Source of the DNA: Eledone cirrhosa
Lineage: Eukaryota
Reading direction: 5' to 3'
DNA: 64,000 nucleotides
NCBI GenBank assembly: GCA_964016885.1
Contig: OZ024740.1
Location: 205,716,001-205,780,000, forward strand
Shown: piece by piece, positions 50,135 through 64,000 of the stretch
Position numbering within the stretch: position 1 is the first letter of the stretch
Layout: every line of letters starts with the position of its first letter
The notes under the pieces: generated by a model
What the model was told of the DNA's origin: nothing
Seen by the model: only the letters and a program-made list of their open reading frames with translations
Databases searched by the model: none
Made by a program: the position numbers and the translations under genes

Positions 50135-51174
50135 AATCCGTGCCTGTATTTATATTTGTATCTTGGGGTCAATATAATCAAGTAAATCTCTTCATGACAG
50201 TGCCCCAGCATGGCCACAGCAAATGACTGAAACCAGTAAAAGAATAAAAAAATAAACGAATAAAAGAGTAATAATATTTAGATTGGATCAGCTGAATTAA
50301 TGCCATTAATATAAAGTGAATAGAGAAAATACACTTTTGATTAGCTTCAGCTCATTTCTTAACGGCATGCTGATACTAGAGTGTGAATCGATTGATAATT
50401 ATAATTATCTAAATCAGTATATCTGGGGAGGGGGTAATTCGAATTCCATTGCACTTCATGACTTTTAATGAGCTTGAGGTAATAATGTATACCTGGTACA
50501 TGGCTGGTGCATTATTCTCAGAAGATGAGCTCTTGAAACAATGAAACAAAGATAATGATGATGATGGGTCATTGAAGAGCCCTTCAAACAATGAAACAAA
50601 GATGTTCATGATGGGACATTGAAGAGCTCTTCAAACAGTGAAACAAAGATAATAATGTTGATGGAATATTGAAGAGCTCTTCAAACAACAAAACAAATAT
50701 AATTGTTTCTACTTTTGGCACAAGGCCAGCAATTACCCAGTGCATTACTGGTACTTTATTTTATCGACCCCGTAAGGATGAAAGGCAAAGTTAACCTCGG
50801 CGGGATTTGAACTCAGACCATAAAGGGCCGTAACTCTTTGCTATAAAGCATGGCGTCTGACCCTCTACCGATACTGCCAATCCACGAAACAAATATAATG
50901 GTGATGAGCTCCATTGTTTTGGATGATGACTGTTCCAGTTGTTCAACCAATTGAACAGTTTTAACATATTTGCCAACACTACACCTGATATTCCCCCTCC
51001 ATACACATGCATGCATGTGTATGTGTGTTGGTGTGTGGTGTGTGTCTGTGTGTATATTGTGACTCATACACTGTACATTTGTACATTATTCTATGTATTA
51101 TACATGCACTTTTGATGAGTTGTAGTGCACCTGTGCACAGTACGCAATAAGTTTCGTTATTATCGATGAAAATC

Positions 51175-51988
51175 AACTAGCCACTCTTTTCAGAAGGACT
51201 TTTGGTCCAGGGCCCATGTATAATTTCCAGAAATCCCTGACATGGCAGTGCTACCGAGGAGCTTTTCCAGTTCAAGATAAACTCTACAGAAATGGAAGTG
51301 CCGTCAGCCGGGCCTGTCTGAGATGCACGCAGTATGACGAAACCGTCCTGCACGCAATCATCCAGTGCCCGATCATTGCTGATTTGTGGGTTTATGTTGA
51401 ATACCTGCTGTCACGTGTAGGACAAATTTGGTTATCAACCGAGTCCATTGTGAAGATTGAACTGCCACCTTCTTTTATACAAGAAGGGCAGGGCGTTTTT
51501 ATCTCTTGTGGCCATGGCGAAAGAGGTTGTATGGTGGACATGCTTGAAGTCCTGATTAATTTCTTCAAATTCCACTTGAGGAGGAAAATAAGGGTAGAGA
51601 GATAAGTGCTACCTTCAAAGCAATTTATTAAAAGGTGGGTGAGAGAAGTGAGCATGACCCGAGTGAATGGGTCCACTCTGAGTGTAAGCCTGTAGATTGG
51701 AGGAGTACAACTGGGACAGGGAACTTACCCTAAATATCAGAGCATCCGTGGTTTTATGGGTTTTTTTCCCCAAATGACCGGCGAATGTATCCTCTCTATT
51801 GTGGAACTCACTTTGTTTTAATTTTATTGTTACCTTTTTTTTAAACTTTATTAAAATTTGTTTACATGCAAAACCCACACACGAACACACATACATACAC
51901 ACGCTCTATATTTTCGTCCTGTACTGTCATAATGTTTTTTCTTGATGTGGACCCTTGTGATTAATAAAGAAATCATTATTATTATTAT
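51175..51988 (+). mobile_element. L1/Tx1-clade LINE 3' end (zf-RVT) with aataaagaaatc(att)n tail
   Basis: LTWQCYRGAFPVQDKL..CLRC...ETVLHAIIQC CCHC motif; a second short 3' piece of the same family at 53929-54050. Confidence 0.8.
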
Positions 51989-51989
51989 T

Positions 51990-53915
51990 GTTCTTTGAGT
52001 CTCAGTCATTGATGTTATTTAACGGGAAAGTTTTTTTAAATGAATATCAAGCCGCTACCTGCAGCCTCAGACATTCAGGACGTATCGAAAGGTTCTTGCT
52101 GTTCCCAGCAAGCATGCCTTTTGAAGTGTTCCAAAAAGCAGGGCTGGACTAATCTTGGTATCGGTTAATTTTCTCCCTCTCCTTTTTTTTACACTCTCGT
52201 GTCAAATGGGCAGGCTACATCTACAATCAGGCACGATCTTTTTTCCTTGTCCAAAGCCACCAGGTCAGGCCTATTGTGTTCTAATTTCTTGTCTGTCTGT
52301 ATCCTAAAATCCCATAGCACCTTCAGCTGATCGTTTTCTATCAACGACTCTGGCTTATGCTCATACCACTTCTCAGAACGTGGTAAAATGTTTACTTTGC
52401 ATAGATGGCAGTGAATCGACTTTCCTATCACATCATGTCTCCAGCCTTTATAGTGAGTCTGGGCTAGGTGTTTACACTTGGATACAATGTGAGCCACAGT
52501 CTCCTCTCTCTCTCCACAGATCCTACACAGTGCGCTAGCCTCCTCCTTGTCAATATGGTGTTTCACCCACTTCGTTCTGAGGGCTTGCTCTTGCGCAGCC
52601 ATTAGCATTCCTTCTGTAGCTTTTTTAAGTTATCTTCTTTTTAACCAGTTCCATGTCTGTGGATCTCTAAATTCCGTTTTCTTAAAGAAGGGATTTTTCA
52701 TGAAGGTTGCTCTTCCTCCTTGTTGTTATTTCCTCCTTGGACATCCCCTGGTCTTCTCCTTCAGTACAATTTTGAGCATTGGCTCCCTACTGTCAGCCAC
52801 ATATTTGTGCATGTTGTTTTTCTCCCTCTGAACACATTCCTTTATGCTGATAAGACCTCTTCCATCTAGATCTCTTTAAGTAGAGTCTATCGACATCACT
52901 CCTCTTGTGGAACATGTTGTAGATAGTCATTAGCTTCCTAGTCTTTCTATCTATTTCTTTTTGTTCTGCAACATTCCATTTCAGAATTCCCGCACTGTAC
53001 TTAATAATAGACACAGCTTGGGAATTTACTGCACTTATGACATTCCTACTATTTAGATGTGATTTTAATACGTTCCTTACTCTCCTTATGTATTCAGATC
53101 TTATCAATTCCTTCATTTTTTTGTTCTTGATGTCATCAGCCTCCAGAACACCTAAATATTTGTATCCCCCTTCAGTGTCAATTTCCTTTATCATCTCACC
53201 TGTTGGTACCTGGATTCCGTTGCTTCTGCTCAATTTACCCCTCTTCATCACTAGGACCCCACACTTATTAATACCAAATTCCATACATATATCATTGCTG
53301 AAAATACGGACAGTGTCAACAAGTACATCCAACTCCTCACTCTTCCCGAAGAGCTTAAGATCATCCATGAAGAGGAGGTGATTGATGTTAAGCTCTCCTT
53401 TTCCCAACTTGTATTCTGCTCTCACTTTTCGCAGTATAATGGTCAGGGGTATCAGGGCAAGAACAAACAACAGAGGGGACAAACTATCTCCCTGGAAGAT
53501 ACCTCTCTTGATCTTTACGCCTCCCAAGGATTCTCCACCCGATGTTAACTGTTTTCCAGGACTTTATACTTTTGCTCAACAACTGTCTGATGTTATCTGC
53601 CACCTTGAAGATCTCTAGGCTTTTGGTTATCCAAGAATGAGGTACCATGTCGAATGCCTTTTTGCAGTCTATCCATCTCATGGCAAGACCAGTGTGTCTC
53701 CTCTTGCAATTCCTCATTACAATCTTATCAATAAGTAACTGGTCCTTTGTACCACGGGACTTCTTTCGGCATCCTTTCTGTTCATCCGGTAACAAGTTGT
53801 TTATATGGAGGTGATAGTAGATTTCCTCAGACACAATGCTTGTTAACAGTTTCCACATTACGGACAGACATGTAATAGGTCTCTAGTTGGTAACATCATT
53901 ACCCTTGATTCGGTC
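51990..53915 (-). mobile_element. R4/Dong-clade non-LTR retrotransposon (RT, CCHC, RLE), 5'-truncated and frameshifted
   Basis: [79 protein letters not shown]; (TAA)n at both ends. Confidence 0.92.
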
Positions 53916-54009
53916 TAATTATTATTATCACGCACAAAACCCACATTGTACCGTCCTGTGCCGTCTGTAATGTTTTTCTTGATGTCAGCCCTTGTGGCCA
54001 ATAAAGAAA

Positions 54010-54046
<37 letters not shown>

Positions 54047-55683
54047 CATTATTATATCAATGTCACATAGTTTGTGACAAGGCTGTGCCTTTGAATTACT
54101 GGTACAGTCCACCAGACAGGCTTCCACACAGTTTCTGTCTACCCAATTTCACTCACAAGGTTTGAGCTGACCCAAGCTATAGTAAATGTTCTGAGGCTAC
54201 AGTAAATGTCCTTTACCCAAGAGGTCATGCAGAGGATTGAACCAGGGACCTAATGATTGTGAAGTGAACCGCTCAACCATTTGTCAATATAGAAATAAAC
54301 AGTAACATATTATATATGAATATAAGCTCAATAGAAAATGTCATCATTGGCAATATGTCATCATTAGCGATATGTCATAATACAAAAAACCCATCCACCT
54401 GTAAAAGCCTTCTTCTTTTTCATCCCATCCTCATATCTGAGGGTCAGAGGTCATGGACCAGCACTCTCCATTTTTTCCTGTTTCTTGCCATTGTCGTACA
54501 TTCTGGCAAACTCCTTCCTGTCCATCTTCCTGTCCTTTTCTGTTGTCCCCTGGCCCTTTCCTTCTGTATTCATCCCTCAAGGATGTGGGTACTAACATTT
54601 TGGGCCCTAGTGATATGACCAAAATACTGACGTTTCCTTTTCCTTACTGTTTCAACCAATTGTTGATTGGCACCAATCTCTTCCAGGAGATTGTACTGTG
54701 ATGCAAAAAATGTAAATGTAGTGAAAGACTGGAGGCTACAGAGTTGACAATCAAATGGAGGGTTTGGGAGGACACTTCAGTCTAGATGAGCATCTGACAA
54801 CCACTCAAGTGTTGGTGCTATGATAAAATGCACTCAGTACAGCCTGTACATTGTTAGTGTCAGTGCCACAATAAAACATGCTCAGTACACTCTGTAATGT
54901 GTTAGTATCAATTCCATGAAAAATGCACCCAGTACACTCTGTAGAGGTGCCTAAAAAAATGCATCCAATACAGGTGGTTGGCATTAGGTAGAGAATCCAG
55001 TCATAGAAACCATGCCAAATATGGAATGTATGAGCAAGACAAGTTACTCCAAGCTACCTGATCTCAGACTTTGACAACCCCCCTCCAACCAATGCCAGCA
55101 TAGAAAGCATCGTAAAATGACGACGACAACGATGATGATGATGATGACGATGACGACGACGACAACGATGATGATGATGATGATGGTGGGGGGTGATGAT
55201 GATGATGATGATGAGGAGGAGAATATCCAAAAATATCTCTCAAATTTCATCCAGTGGCTGATGAAACCTTTGCTTTAGATTGCACATAATATTCAAAGGT
55301 CAATAGAAGGCAACTGTATCTCTAGCTAAAATGTAATCTAGCATTGGTGATTAATATTATAGATTATAAATATAAAATCCTCCACTATTAAAGCAGCTTA
55401 GCAGAGCTTCAGTTAGATCTAAAAGTACTCTACTCTTCTGACACCAATCTATGTAGGTAAAGATTTCCAATTCTGAATCCACTGCAGCTTATTTCTCATA
55501 ATATTATTTACAAGGCTCACGCACATTTTATGAAGTATTATCTTATAAAGAAGGCAGAGAATTGGCAGAGTCATTAGAACATTGGATGAAAGATACCTCT
55601 GTATTTGTTCCAGCTCATGCCAGTCTAAGTTCAATTCCCTCTGATGTCAATTTTGTCTTTCATCCTTTCAGGATCAGTATTGG

Positions 55684-55973
55684 CAGGGCCAGATATAATA
55701 AGGAGTAAATTGCTCTGGGGCCCCTGCACTGTAGCAATATATTTGTGCCCTCAGCTGGGCTTTTTAGTTTTAGGATGGTTAGAATTTTTGAATTTAATAC
55801 CCGTATGTATAACTTTTCAATTCCAATTGCTTTCACCAAGCTAACTTTGATATGTGAAATTGGGGGAGGGGGTTGCTGTGTATTCTAATATTTTGTGTAT
55901 GAGCCCCCCCCCCCCCCCTCCCCAAAAAAAACCGGAAGTGCCCCAGGTTCCCCAAGGTCTAAATCCAACTCTG
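55684..55973 (+). mobile_element. hAT-type MITE (related copies about 31207-31425 and 46030-46643)
   Basis: Termini CAGGGCCAGATATA / TAAATCCAACTCTG; 8-bp TSD AGTATTGG / AGTACTGG. Confidence 0.75.
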
Positions 55974-56615
55974 AGTACTGGGGTTAACCCCCGCCTCTTT
56001 CTGCCCCCCCCCCCCCCTCTCTCCTTGGAAGAAACTGGTTGTGGTCAAACCTGAGAAAGGATATGCGCTGCCTTGTTTAAAATACCTGTATGTCATGACA
56101 GAACCTCTAGAACTCCATTAAGAGTTAAGGGATCAAAGATCTCTTGCTGGATATAAATAATATTTTTCAAGAAACATGATCAACCCTTTTATTACCATAT
56201 TTCGTATGAAATACAATCTATTTGAATTAATTAATAAAACATTTGAAGAGATTTATTAAAATTATTTCAGAATTACAATAAAACTGATAATTAAACAAAA
56301 GGTTGTTAATTATTTAAGTATTACAATGATTGTTTCTATTTTTTGCACAAGGCCAGCAATTTCCCCAGTGCAGTACTGGTGCTTTATTTTATCGACCCCG
56401 TAAAGGATGAAAGGCAAAGTTAACCTCGGCAGAATTTGAACTCAGAATGTAAAGGGCCATAACTATGTGCTGCAAAGCATGGCGTCTGATGCTCTACCGA
56501 TACTGTCAATAAGGGCCTTTGAATTTCCATTATGTGGAAGATCTTAATTTATATTAGGAACCCTTTAAAATGAATGATTTTGTTTCATAGAACCCACAAA
56601 ATTAATTAGAAATAA

Positions 56616-58352
56616 CACTGTGTAACATTTTTTGTTCCCCGGTTCTAAGTGTCATTTTATGGTTTGTTATATCCCATAATTATAAAAAAACACTATTATT
56701 TAATCAGAAGTTTGGGTTTGTGGTCAGGAGTTTGATATTTCAAAATTTTCATATTTTTCAAGAAAAACACATTTTAAAAAAATTTATCAGTTCATATAAT
56801 TAAATCAACAGAGTATATATTTATTTTATTACACAAGCTTATCAAAAGCAAACAAGTAAAAACAAATAACACTTATAAAGCAACTTATACACGTCAGAAA
56901 TGACTGGATTTCCTGGATTTGCGGTTGTAGTCCAGGTCGCACTAGTCCCGCACTAGCCCCCAGATATAGTCCCCCATCATTTTTTCATAGTAGTGGCCCT
57001 GGTACCTCTGCTCTATCTCTTTCACATCTTGGTGGAATCATTCGCCTTGTTCTTTTGAGTAGGCGCCCATATTGTCCTTGAATTTTTCCAGGTGAGCGTC
57101 CAGCATATGGAGTTTAAGCGACATCCTGCATCCCATGGCGCCAAAAGCCTTTATCAGATCCTGCACCAGTTGCTGGTAGTTTTCAGCTCTGTAGTTGCCC
57201 AGGAAGCCCTTAACAACTGCCTTGAGACAGTTCCATGCTGTTCTCTCAATCCTATTGAGCTTATTGGAGAACTTGGTAGACTCAAACACCTTCTTTATCT
57301 GAGGTCGAACAAAAATTCCACCTTTGATTTTGGCCTCAGATAACTTGGGGAAGAACTCAAGAAGGTACTTAAAAGTGGCTGATTCTTAGTTGAGAGCCTT
57401 CACAAACTGCTCCATCAACCCCAACTTAATGTGCTGTGGCGGCATGAGCACAATCCTGGGATCAACCAGTGGCTCCCACATGACATTCCGAGTCCCAACT
57501 ACAAATTCTGTTCGTTGCTCCCAGTTCTTTCTTTTGTAGTGGTCAGAGGTGGCTCTGCTGTCCCAAAGGCAGAGGAAGCATTGGAATTTGATAAAGCCTC
57601 CTTGGAGTCCAAGCAGGAAAGCCACCATCTTGAAGTCTCCAATGATTTCCCAATTGTACTGGTTGTATTGCAGAGCTTCCAAGAGGACTTTCACACTCTA
57701 GTAATCTTCCTTCAGGCAGACTGAATGAGCTAGGGGCAGTGTCGGGAACTTGTTTCCATTGTGGAGGAGGACAGCCTTCAAACTTGTGGTGGAGCTGTCT
57801 ATAAATAGCCACTACTCCTTGGGCACAAACGGCACCCCAATAAATGTCAAACAGTCCAGGCACGTCATGGCAGAAGCAGAGGCCATCCCTAAGAGTGTAA
57901 AAGCCTGAGAAAGGTTTGTGTCGACTTCTCTGACTTGTCACCTACACTTCATCCTTGACCAAGTTCCACTGCTTCATCCTGGAGATGAATGCTTAAAACA
58001 CAACTTATCCTTTATTCAGGGTGCGAAAATCCAGTATCAATAAATCTCTTTAATCCACTTTTTAACAATTTTATACTTTATTGCACTTTTATAATTTCCT
58101 TTAGGTATTTATTTTATAATTTTAATTTAACCTGAAACATATATAAAAAAATCATTTAACATAAGCAAATTAAACTTACATACAACGTAAAATCCAGCAT
58201 ACAAATAATTCTAGTGAATAGCTTAGAACTTTTACAAACCCAAACTTTTAACTGTTTAATAGCACTTTTTATTTATTTATTTGGGGCCTAAACAACACAA
58301 AAAAGTGATTACAAGCCAGGAACAGAGAAAAAACATGTTTTGTTACACAGTG
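56616..58352 (-). mobile_element. TIR DNA transposon, TcMar-m44-like, degenerate transposase
   Basis: TIRs CACTGTGTAACA / TGTTACACAGTG; motifs IGDFKMVAFLLGLQGGFIKFQCFLCLWDSR, PPQHIKLGLM, MSLKLHMLDAHL, EQGE; contains stops and a frameshift. Confidence 0.85.
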
Positions 58353-58552
58353 TAATTGAACCAATCGTTATTGTTTAAATTATTTAACATGGCCTTAACA
58401 TTTCCCCAGTAAATTTTCATAATAACATAATTACAGAAAGCTATAGATAATTATTATACTGTAGCTAATAAATATACTGTAGCTGTAGCTAATAAATATA
58501 CTGTAGCTGTAGCTAAGAAAGATACTATAGCTGTAGACAATAAATATACTGT

Positions 58553-60750
58553 CATTATCATCATCATCATCATTGTTTAACATCCATTTTCCACGCTAGC
58601 ACGGGTTAGACGGGTTCTTCCATTAAATGCAAGTCAGGTCAGGTGACCGTGTCTTGTTCATATAGAACTGATTTTAGCTTGGTTACTTAATGCCAACCAC
58701 TTTTACAGTGTGTGCTGGGTGTATTTTGTCATGACTCCTACACAACCACTTTACAGTGTGGGATGGGTGCTTTTTGTCGTGACACCAACACAACCACTTT
58801 ACAGTGTGGGCTGGGTGTATTTTGTCATGACTCCTACACAACCACTTTACAGTGTGGGCTGGGTGTATTTTGTCATGACTCCTACACAACCACTTTACAG
58901 TGTGGGATGGGTGCTTTTTGTTGTGACACCTACACAACCACTTTACAGTGTGGGCTGGGTGCATTTTGTCATGACTCCTACACGACCACTTTACAGTGTG
59001 GGCTGGGTGCTTTTTGTCGTGACACCAACACAACCACTTTACAGTGTGGGCTGGGTGCTTTTTGTTGTGACACCTACACAACCACTTTACAGTGTGGGCT
59101 GGGTGTTTTTTGTCATGACATCAACACAACCACTTTACAGTGTGGGTTGGGTGCTTTTTGTTGTGACACCTACACAACCACTTTACAGTGTGGGCTGGGT
59201 GCATTTTGTCATGACTCCTACACGACCACTTTACAGTGTAGGCTGGGTGTTTTTTGTCATGACATCAACACAACCACTTTACAGTGTGGGTTGGGTGCTT
59301 TTTGTTGTGACACCTACACAACCACTTTACAGTGTGGGCTGGGTGCATTTTGTCATGACTCCTACACGACCACTTTACAGTGTAGGCTGGGTGTTTTTTG
59401 TCATGACATCAACACAACCACTTTACAGTGTGGGTTGGGTGCTTTTTGTCGTGACACCAACACAACCACTTTACAGTGTGGGCTGGGTGCATTTTGTCAT
59501 GACTCCTACACAACCACTTTACAGTGTGGGCTGGGTGCTTTTTGTCGTGACACCTACACAACCACTTTACAGTGTGGGCTGGGTGCTTTTTGTCGTGACA
59601 CCAAAACAACCACTTTACAGTGTGGGCTAGGTGCTTTTTGTCGTGACACCTACACAACCACTTTACAGTGTGGGCTGGGTGCTTTTTGTCGTGACACCTA
59701 CACAACCACTTTACAGTGTGGGCTGGGTGCTTTTTGTCGTGACACCTACACAACCACTTTACAGTGTGGGCTGGGTGCTTTTTGTCGTGACACCAACACA
59801 ACCACTTTACAGTGTGAGCTGGGTGCTTTTTGTCGTGACACCTACACGACCACTTTACGGTGTGGGCTGGGTGCTTTTTGTCGTGACACCTACACAACCA
59901 CTTTACAGTGTGGGCTGGGTGCTTTTTGTCGTGACACCAACACAACCACTTTACAGTGTGGGCTGGGTGCTTTTTGTCGTGACACCTACACGACCACTTT
60001 ACGGTGTGGGCTGGGTGCTTTTTGTCGTGACACCTACACGACCACTTTACGGTGTGGGCTGGGTGCTTTTTGTCGTGACACCTACACAACCACTTTACAG
60101 TGTGGGCTGGGTGCTTTTTGTCATGACACCAACACAACCACTTTACAGTGTGGGCTGGGTGCTTTTTGTAGTGACACCTACACGACCACTTTACGGTGTG
60201 GGCTGGGTGCTTTTTGTCGTGACACCTACACAACCACTTTACAGTGTAAGGGTGGTGTGTTCAGAAGTGGGTGGATGGGTGTTGGGACATGGGAGGTCTA
60301 TGGAAGAGGGTATAGTGGTTACAAGGTGCCTACTAGATGTATGCTTGAGTATGTGTGCAAGGGAAGATGTCTTCTGTATTATTGCATAACACAAAAGATT
60401 TCGATCCTGTGACATTGTTTTTGAGAGGTGCAATTGCACAAGGTCAGTTTTTATCACCTCATCCCAAGTCTTCCTGGGTCTTTCTACTCCATAGCTTCCA
60501 TCAACTTTGATTGCCCTGCACCTTTTTATACAACTGTCATCCTTCATATGCATCATATATCCATACGATCGCAATCTCCTCTCCTGCACACTGCATCCGA
60601 TTCCACTCATGCTTAATTTCTCTCTCAGTTCATTTATGCTTTGCCATTCATGTATATTACTATTACACATCCATTGGAGCATGCATGCTTCATTTCTTTC
60701 CTTTCTTTGCAGGTCTTCTGCACACAGTGCCCAGGTCTCACTACCATGTA
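58553..60750 (-). mobile_element. RTE LINE 3' fragment whose 3'UTR contains an expanded 48-bp tandem array
   Basis: ORF 60239-60682 matches the RTE C-terminus; (CAT)n tail near 58555. Confidence 0.9.
58697..60247. repeat. 48-bp minisatellite, about 32 copies
   Basis: Unit caaccactttacagtgtgggctgggtgctttttgtcgtgacacctaca. Confidence 0.97.
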
Positions 60751-62697
60751 ACAGTAGATAATAAATATATCATAGATAATAAATACACTGTAGATAATAA
60801 ATATACTGCAGATAATAAATATACCATAGATAATAAATTAGCATAATACTTTTTTTATAGGTTGATGTCTCACATATTTTTTCGTAAAATGTTATATTTG
60901 TAGACGATCTTTTTGTTTTATTTTTGAAGTACCCCGATTGAGACTAAACTGATAGACATTAGACAGGAAGCCACAGAAATCAATTTTTATTATCAGACAT
61001 AGCATGACTTGTATTATTTCTTATCATCTCTTTATGTTCTGATTTCAAATCCCACTGAGGTTAGTTTTGCCTTTCATCCTTACGGGGCCAATAAAATAAC
61101 GTATCGGGGGCTGATTTAATTGACTTTTTCCTCCACCAAAATTACCGGCCTTGTGCCTAAAGTAGAAACAATTATTTCTTAACATCTTGTAATGATTTAA
61201 TAGAAAATAGCTGACAACAGTTTTGTTAATTCAAATGTTTATAGTTTCTTTACTAGTGAATAGATCATTGTGAAAATTTGCCATACTTGTCTTAGTAAAG
61301 ATTTTAAGTTTTGACACAATGCAATCATGATGCTGTTTTGTGCTCTCAAGAATGCCTTACAAATGCAGTTTCATGTGGTACAGTATATTAAAAGTTAAAG
61401 TTGGAACTGTTGTTAGATATAAAATGTTCTATTTAAAAAACTGGAATGTTTCCTATATTTCAATGAAGTTTGTCCTTTGTTTATTAAAATTTCCTTAGTG
61501 CTAATATTTTAGTGTGTTGGGAAATATCCACAAATTCTAGATCAATAAACTACCTCCAATATACTTACTTCACATATATATGTTCTATTGATTATGTGCA
61601 ACATATTACAAAAATAGTCATTGTTATTCATCATCATCATCATTGTTGTTTTAATGTCTGCTTTCCTTGCTAGCAAGGGTTGGAGAGGTCCATATAAATC
61701 AAATCAGTACTAAAACAGAGCCACTGACCTCTCAGGCAGACTAGGGACCTATGTGCTTATCTGCGGTCTCACATTCAATTGAGTGCTCAGAAGAGGGTGT
61801 CATGCCATTAACACAGCTGAGGATCCTTGCAACCCTTTGTCTGCCAAGTTTTCTATGGTTAGTTGCCCTTCCTATCATCAACTACTTTACAGTGAGTACT
61901 GGGTATGTTTATTGTGTAGATCACCAATTCTAGGGAGGTTATTATGTCCATGACATGACTTAAAGGGTCCTCCAAACCCTTTGTTTGCTTGGCAAGATCT
62001 CCATGGCTGGTAGCCTTCCTATCACCAACCACTTCACAGGAAGTGGAGTTGCATCTGTCAAGAATGTGTGTGTGTGTGGGGTGGGGGTGAAGTAGTGAAG
62101 TTGAGAATAACTGTTAAGGAATGCTAGTGTAAAGGGGGGGGGGGGAGGGTCACATTGTAAGCTGCAGGTCAGAAGTGTTAATTATCTGTCACCTGCTAAA
62201 TACATTTAATTACCTAGTGTTTCATAATCACATATATTTCATCAACAGGTTGGGTATGATGACAAGTGTTCCAGTTGATCAGATCAATGGAACAGCCTGC
62301 TTGTGAAATTAACATGCAAGTGGCTGAGCATTCCACAAACAGGTACAACTCATGCCTGCTGAGTGAACTGAGGCAATGTGAAATAAAGTGTCTTGCTCAA
62401 GGAAATAGTCCACCACTGGGAATTGAACTCATGACCTTACGATCGTGAGCCAAATTCCCTAACCACAAAGCCATGCACTTTCATTCCATCAATAGATAGC
62501 TAACAACACAACAACAAATGTTAAATCAGCAGTTGTCATTGTGAACCCCATGACTGGCTTCATACTCATCATGGGTCCTTTCTGGGACAATGTTTTATGG
62601 TTAGATGTTTCAACCCTGTAAGTTGTCTCTCATAGCATGCAAGGATACAGGATATCAATTTTAAACAAGATACACACAAGTCTAAAATCTAAAAAGT

Positions 62698-63005
62698 CTA
62701 AAGTCTGTCTCAAGCTTGGAGGCTCATCTGGCTGGTGCCTATTCCAGTTTCTGTGATATGAAGCAACTGAGAGTACAAGACTCCCTCCTGGTCAGTATGC
62801 CAGTCCATATCAGGGCTAAAGTCTGTCTCAAGCTCGGAGGCTCATCTGGCTGGTGCCTATTCCAGTTTCTGTGATATGAAGCAACTGAGAGTACAAGACT
62901 CCCTCCTGGTCAGTATGCCAGTCCATTTCAGGGCTAAAGTCTCTCTCGAACCTGGAAGCTCATCAGGCTGGTGCTTATCCCAGTTTCTGTGGCATGAAGT
63001 GACTG
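62698..63005. repeat. 118-bp tandem repeat, about 2.6 copies
   Basis: aagtct(g/c)tct recurs at 62701, 62819 and 62937. Confidence 0.9.
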
Positions 63006-63405
63006 AGCGTACAGGACACCAGTCCATTGCAGTGTTAAACACCCAGCTATTGCTGGTACTCATTTTTCTTTCAGCTGAGTATACTGGAGCAACGTGAAAG
63101 TAATCATCCATTACTTGTGTGTATCCTAGACAGGACACAAGTAATGGATGATTAATTAATCATATTGATTCCCCACTTCATGTTTCACTGCACATTTATT
63201 TTTGACAATAACAACACACCAACGATAGCATGTTGTAACAGGTATCTTTACTACAACCTCAAGTCAACCAAAGCCTTGTAAAGGAAACTAGGTAGACACA
63301 AAATATTATTTAGAAGTCCATCAGATGGATTTTACCTGTAATTCAAAAGGTTTGCCTTTTCACATATTGTGTCATGTTGATTCAACTTAGGGGGAATTAT
63401 GTTAA

Positions 63406-63613
63406 CCCTTTAGCATTTACATTACTCTATATTTACTATTTTATTTTTATGGCAAAGGCGTTATCTTACGTAATATCGAATCTATGAGATTTTGATGTTG
63501 TTCATTTTGAGAACAATACATTAACATCAGTATGAACACCTGGTTACAGCCGGTTTGAACAGAAAGAGGTAAGAGAATTATGGCCGGATATGGCTGGTTT
63601 AAATTCTGAAGGG
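63406..63613. mobile_element. piggyBac-type MITE, same family as 16035-16239
   Basis: TTAA|ccctttagcattta...ttctgaaggg|TTAA. Confidence 0.8.
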
Positions 63614-64000
63614 TTAAGGGTAAATGTGTCTCCTCAATGGAGGGGGGGGGGGAATTGGTAGAGTCATTAGACCGCCCAATAGCATGCTTTGTGGTATTTG
63701 TTCTTGGCTCTCTTCATTCTGAGTTCAAATGCAGCCAAGGTCAACTTTGCCTTTCATCCTTTCATGATCGATAAAAAAAAAGTATCAGTCAAGTATTGGA
63801 GTCGATTCTTTGTCTCCCCCCCCCCCCCCCTCTCTCTCTATATATATATATATATCTTTCTCTGGAAGAAATCAGTTGTGTTCAGACATAGAATGGAGTT
63901 GGGCTCTACTTGGTTTAAAAAATGCCCAAGAAATGTCCTATGTCACTACAGAGCCTTTGCTACTCCATCAGGAGTTATGAGTGCATATATGCATACACTC

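Noticed and set aside
49461-50226. HT/CV-repeat ORFs
   Set aside because: (TG)n low-complexity DNA
58712-60412. 566-aa Cys/Thr-rich ORF and the CRISPR-like look of the array
   Set aside because: Pure 48-bp tandem repeat from an RTE 3'UTR; no unique spacers, no cas genes, and open in several frames on both strands
63101-63154. 20-bp perfect inverted repeat
   Set aside because: Sits at the truncation point of a SINE-like fragment; likely a small repair inversion, with no evidence of function

Overview
AT-rich, repeat-dense metazoan DNA; the SINE/LINE repertoire suggests an octopod cephalopod (inference). Two spliced genes that the ORF track misses lie head-to-head with their ATGs about 500 bp apart. 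TMEM147 (minus strand, 6 exons, 223 aa, 33895->17977) is intact. Flattop/CFAP126 (plus strand, 5 exons, 34401->47680) has a 53-nt exon 2 that breaks the reading frame. The rest is transposon-derived: RTE LINEs with a PHD finger inside the RT, Penelope-like elements (PLEs), CRE, R4/Dong and L1/Tx1 LINE fragments, two solo LTRs with 4-bp TSDs, mariner, m44-like, hAT and piggyBac DNA elements, tRNA-derived SINEs, and mini/microsatellites. The most striking signal is a set of at least three sequence families of ORF-less, (TA)n-flanked inverted-repeat elements carrying minimal type-I hammerhead ribozymes (1039-3146, 6994-7320, 7855-8178, 35931-36392). In three of them the ribozyme is mirrored on both arms. 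All calls were made by eye; no database search was run.
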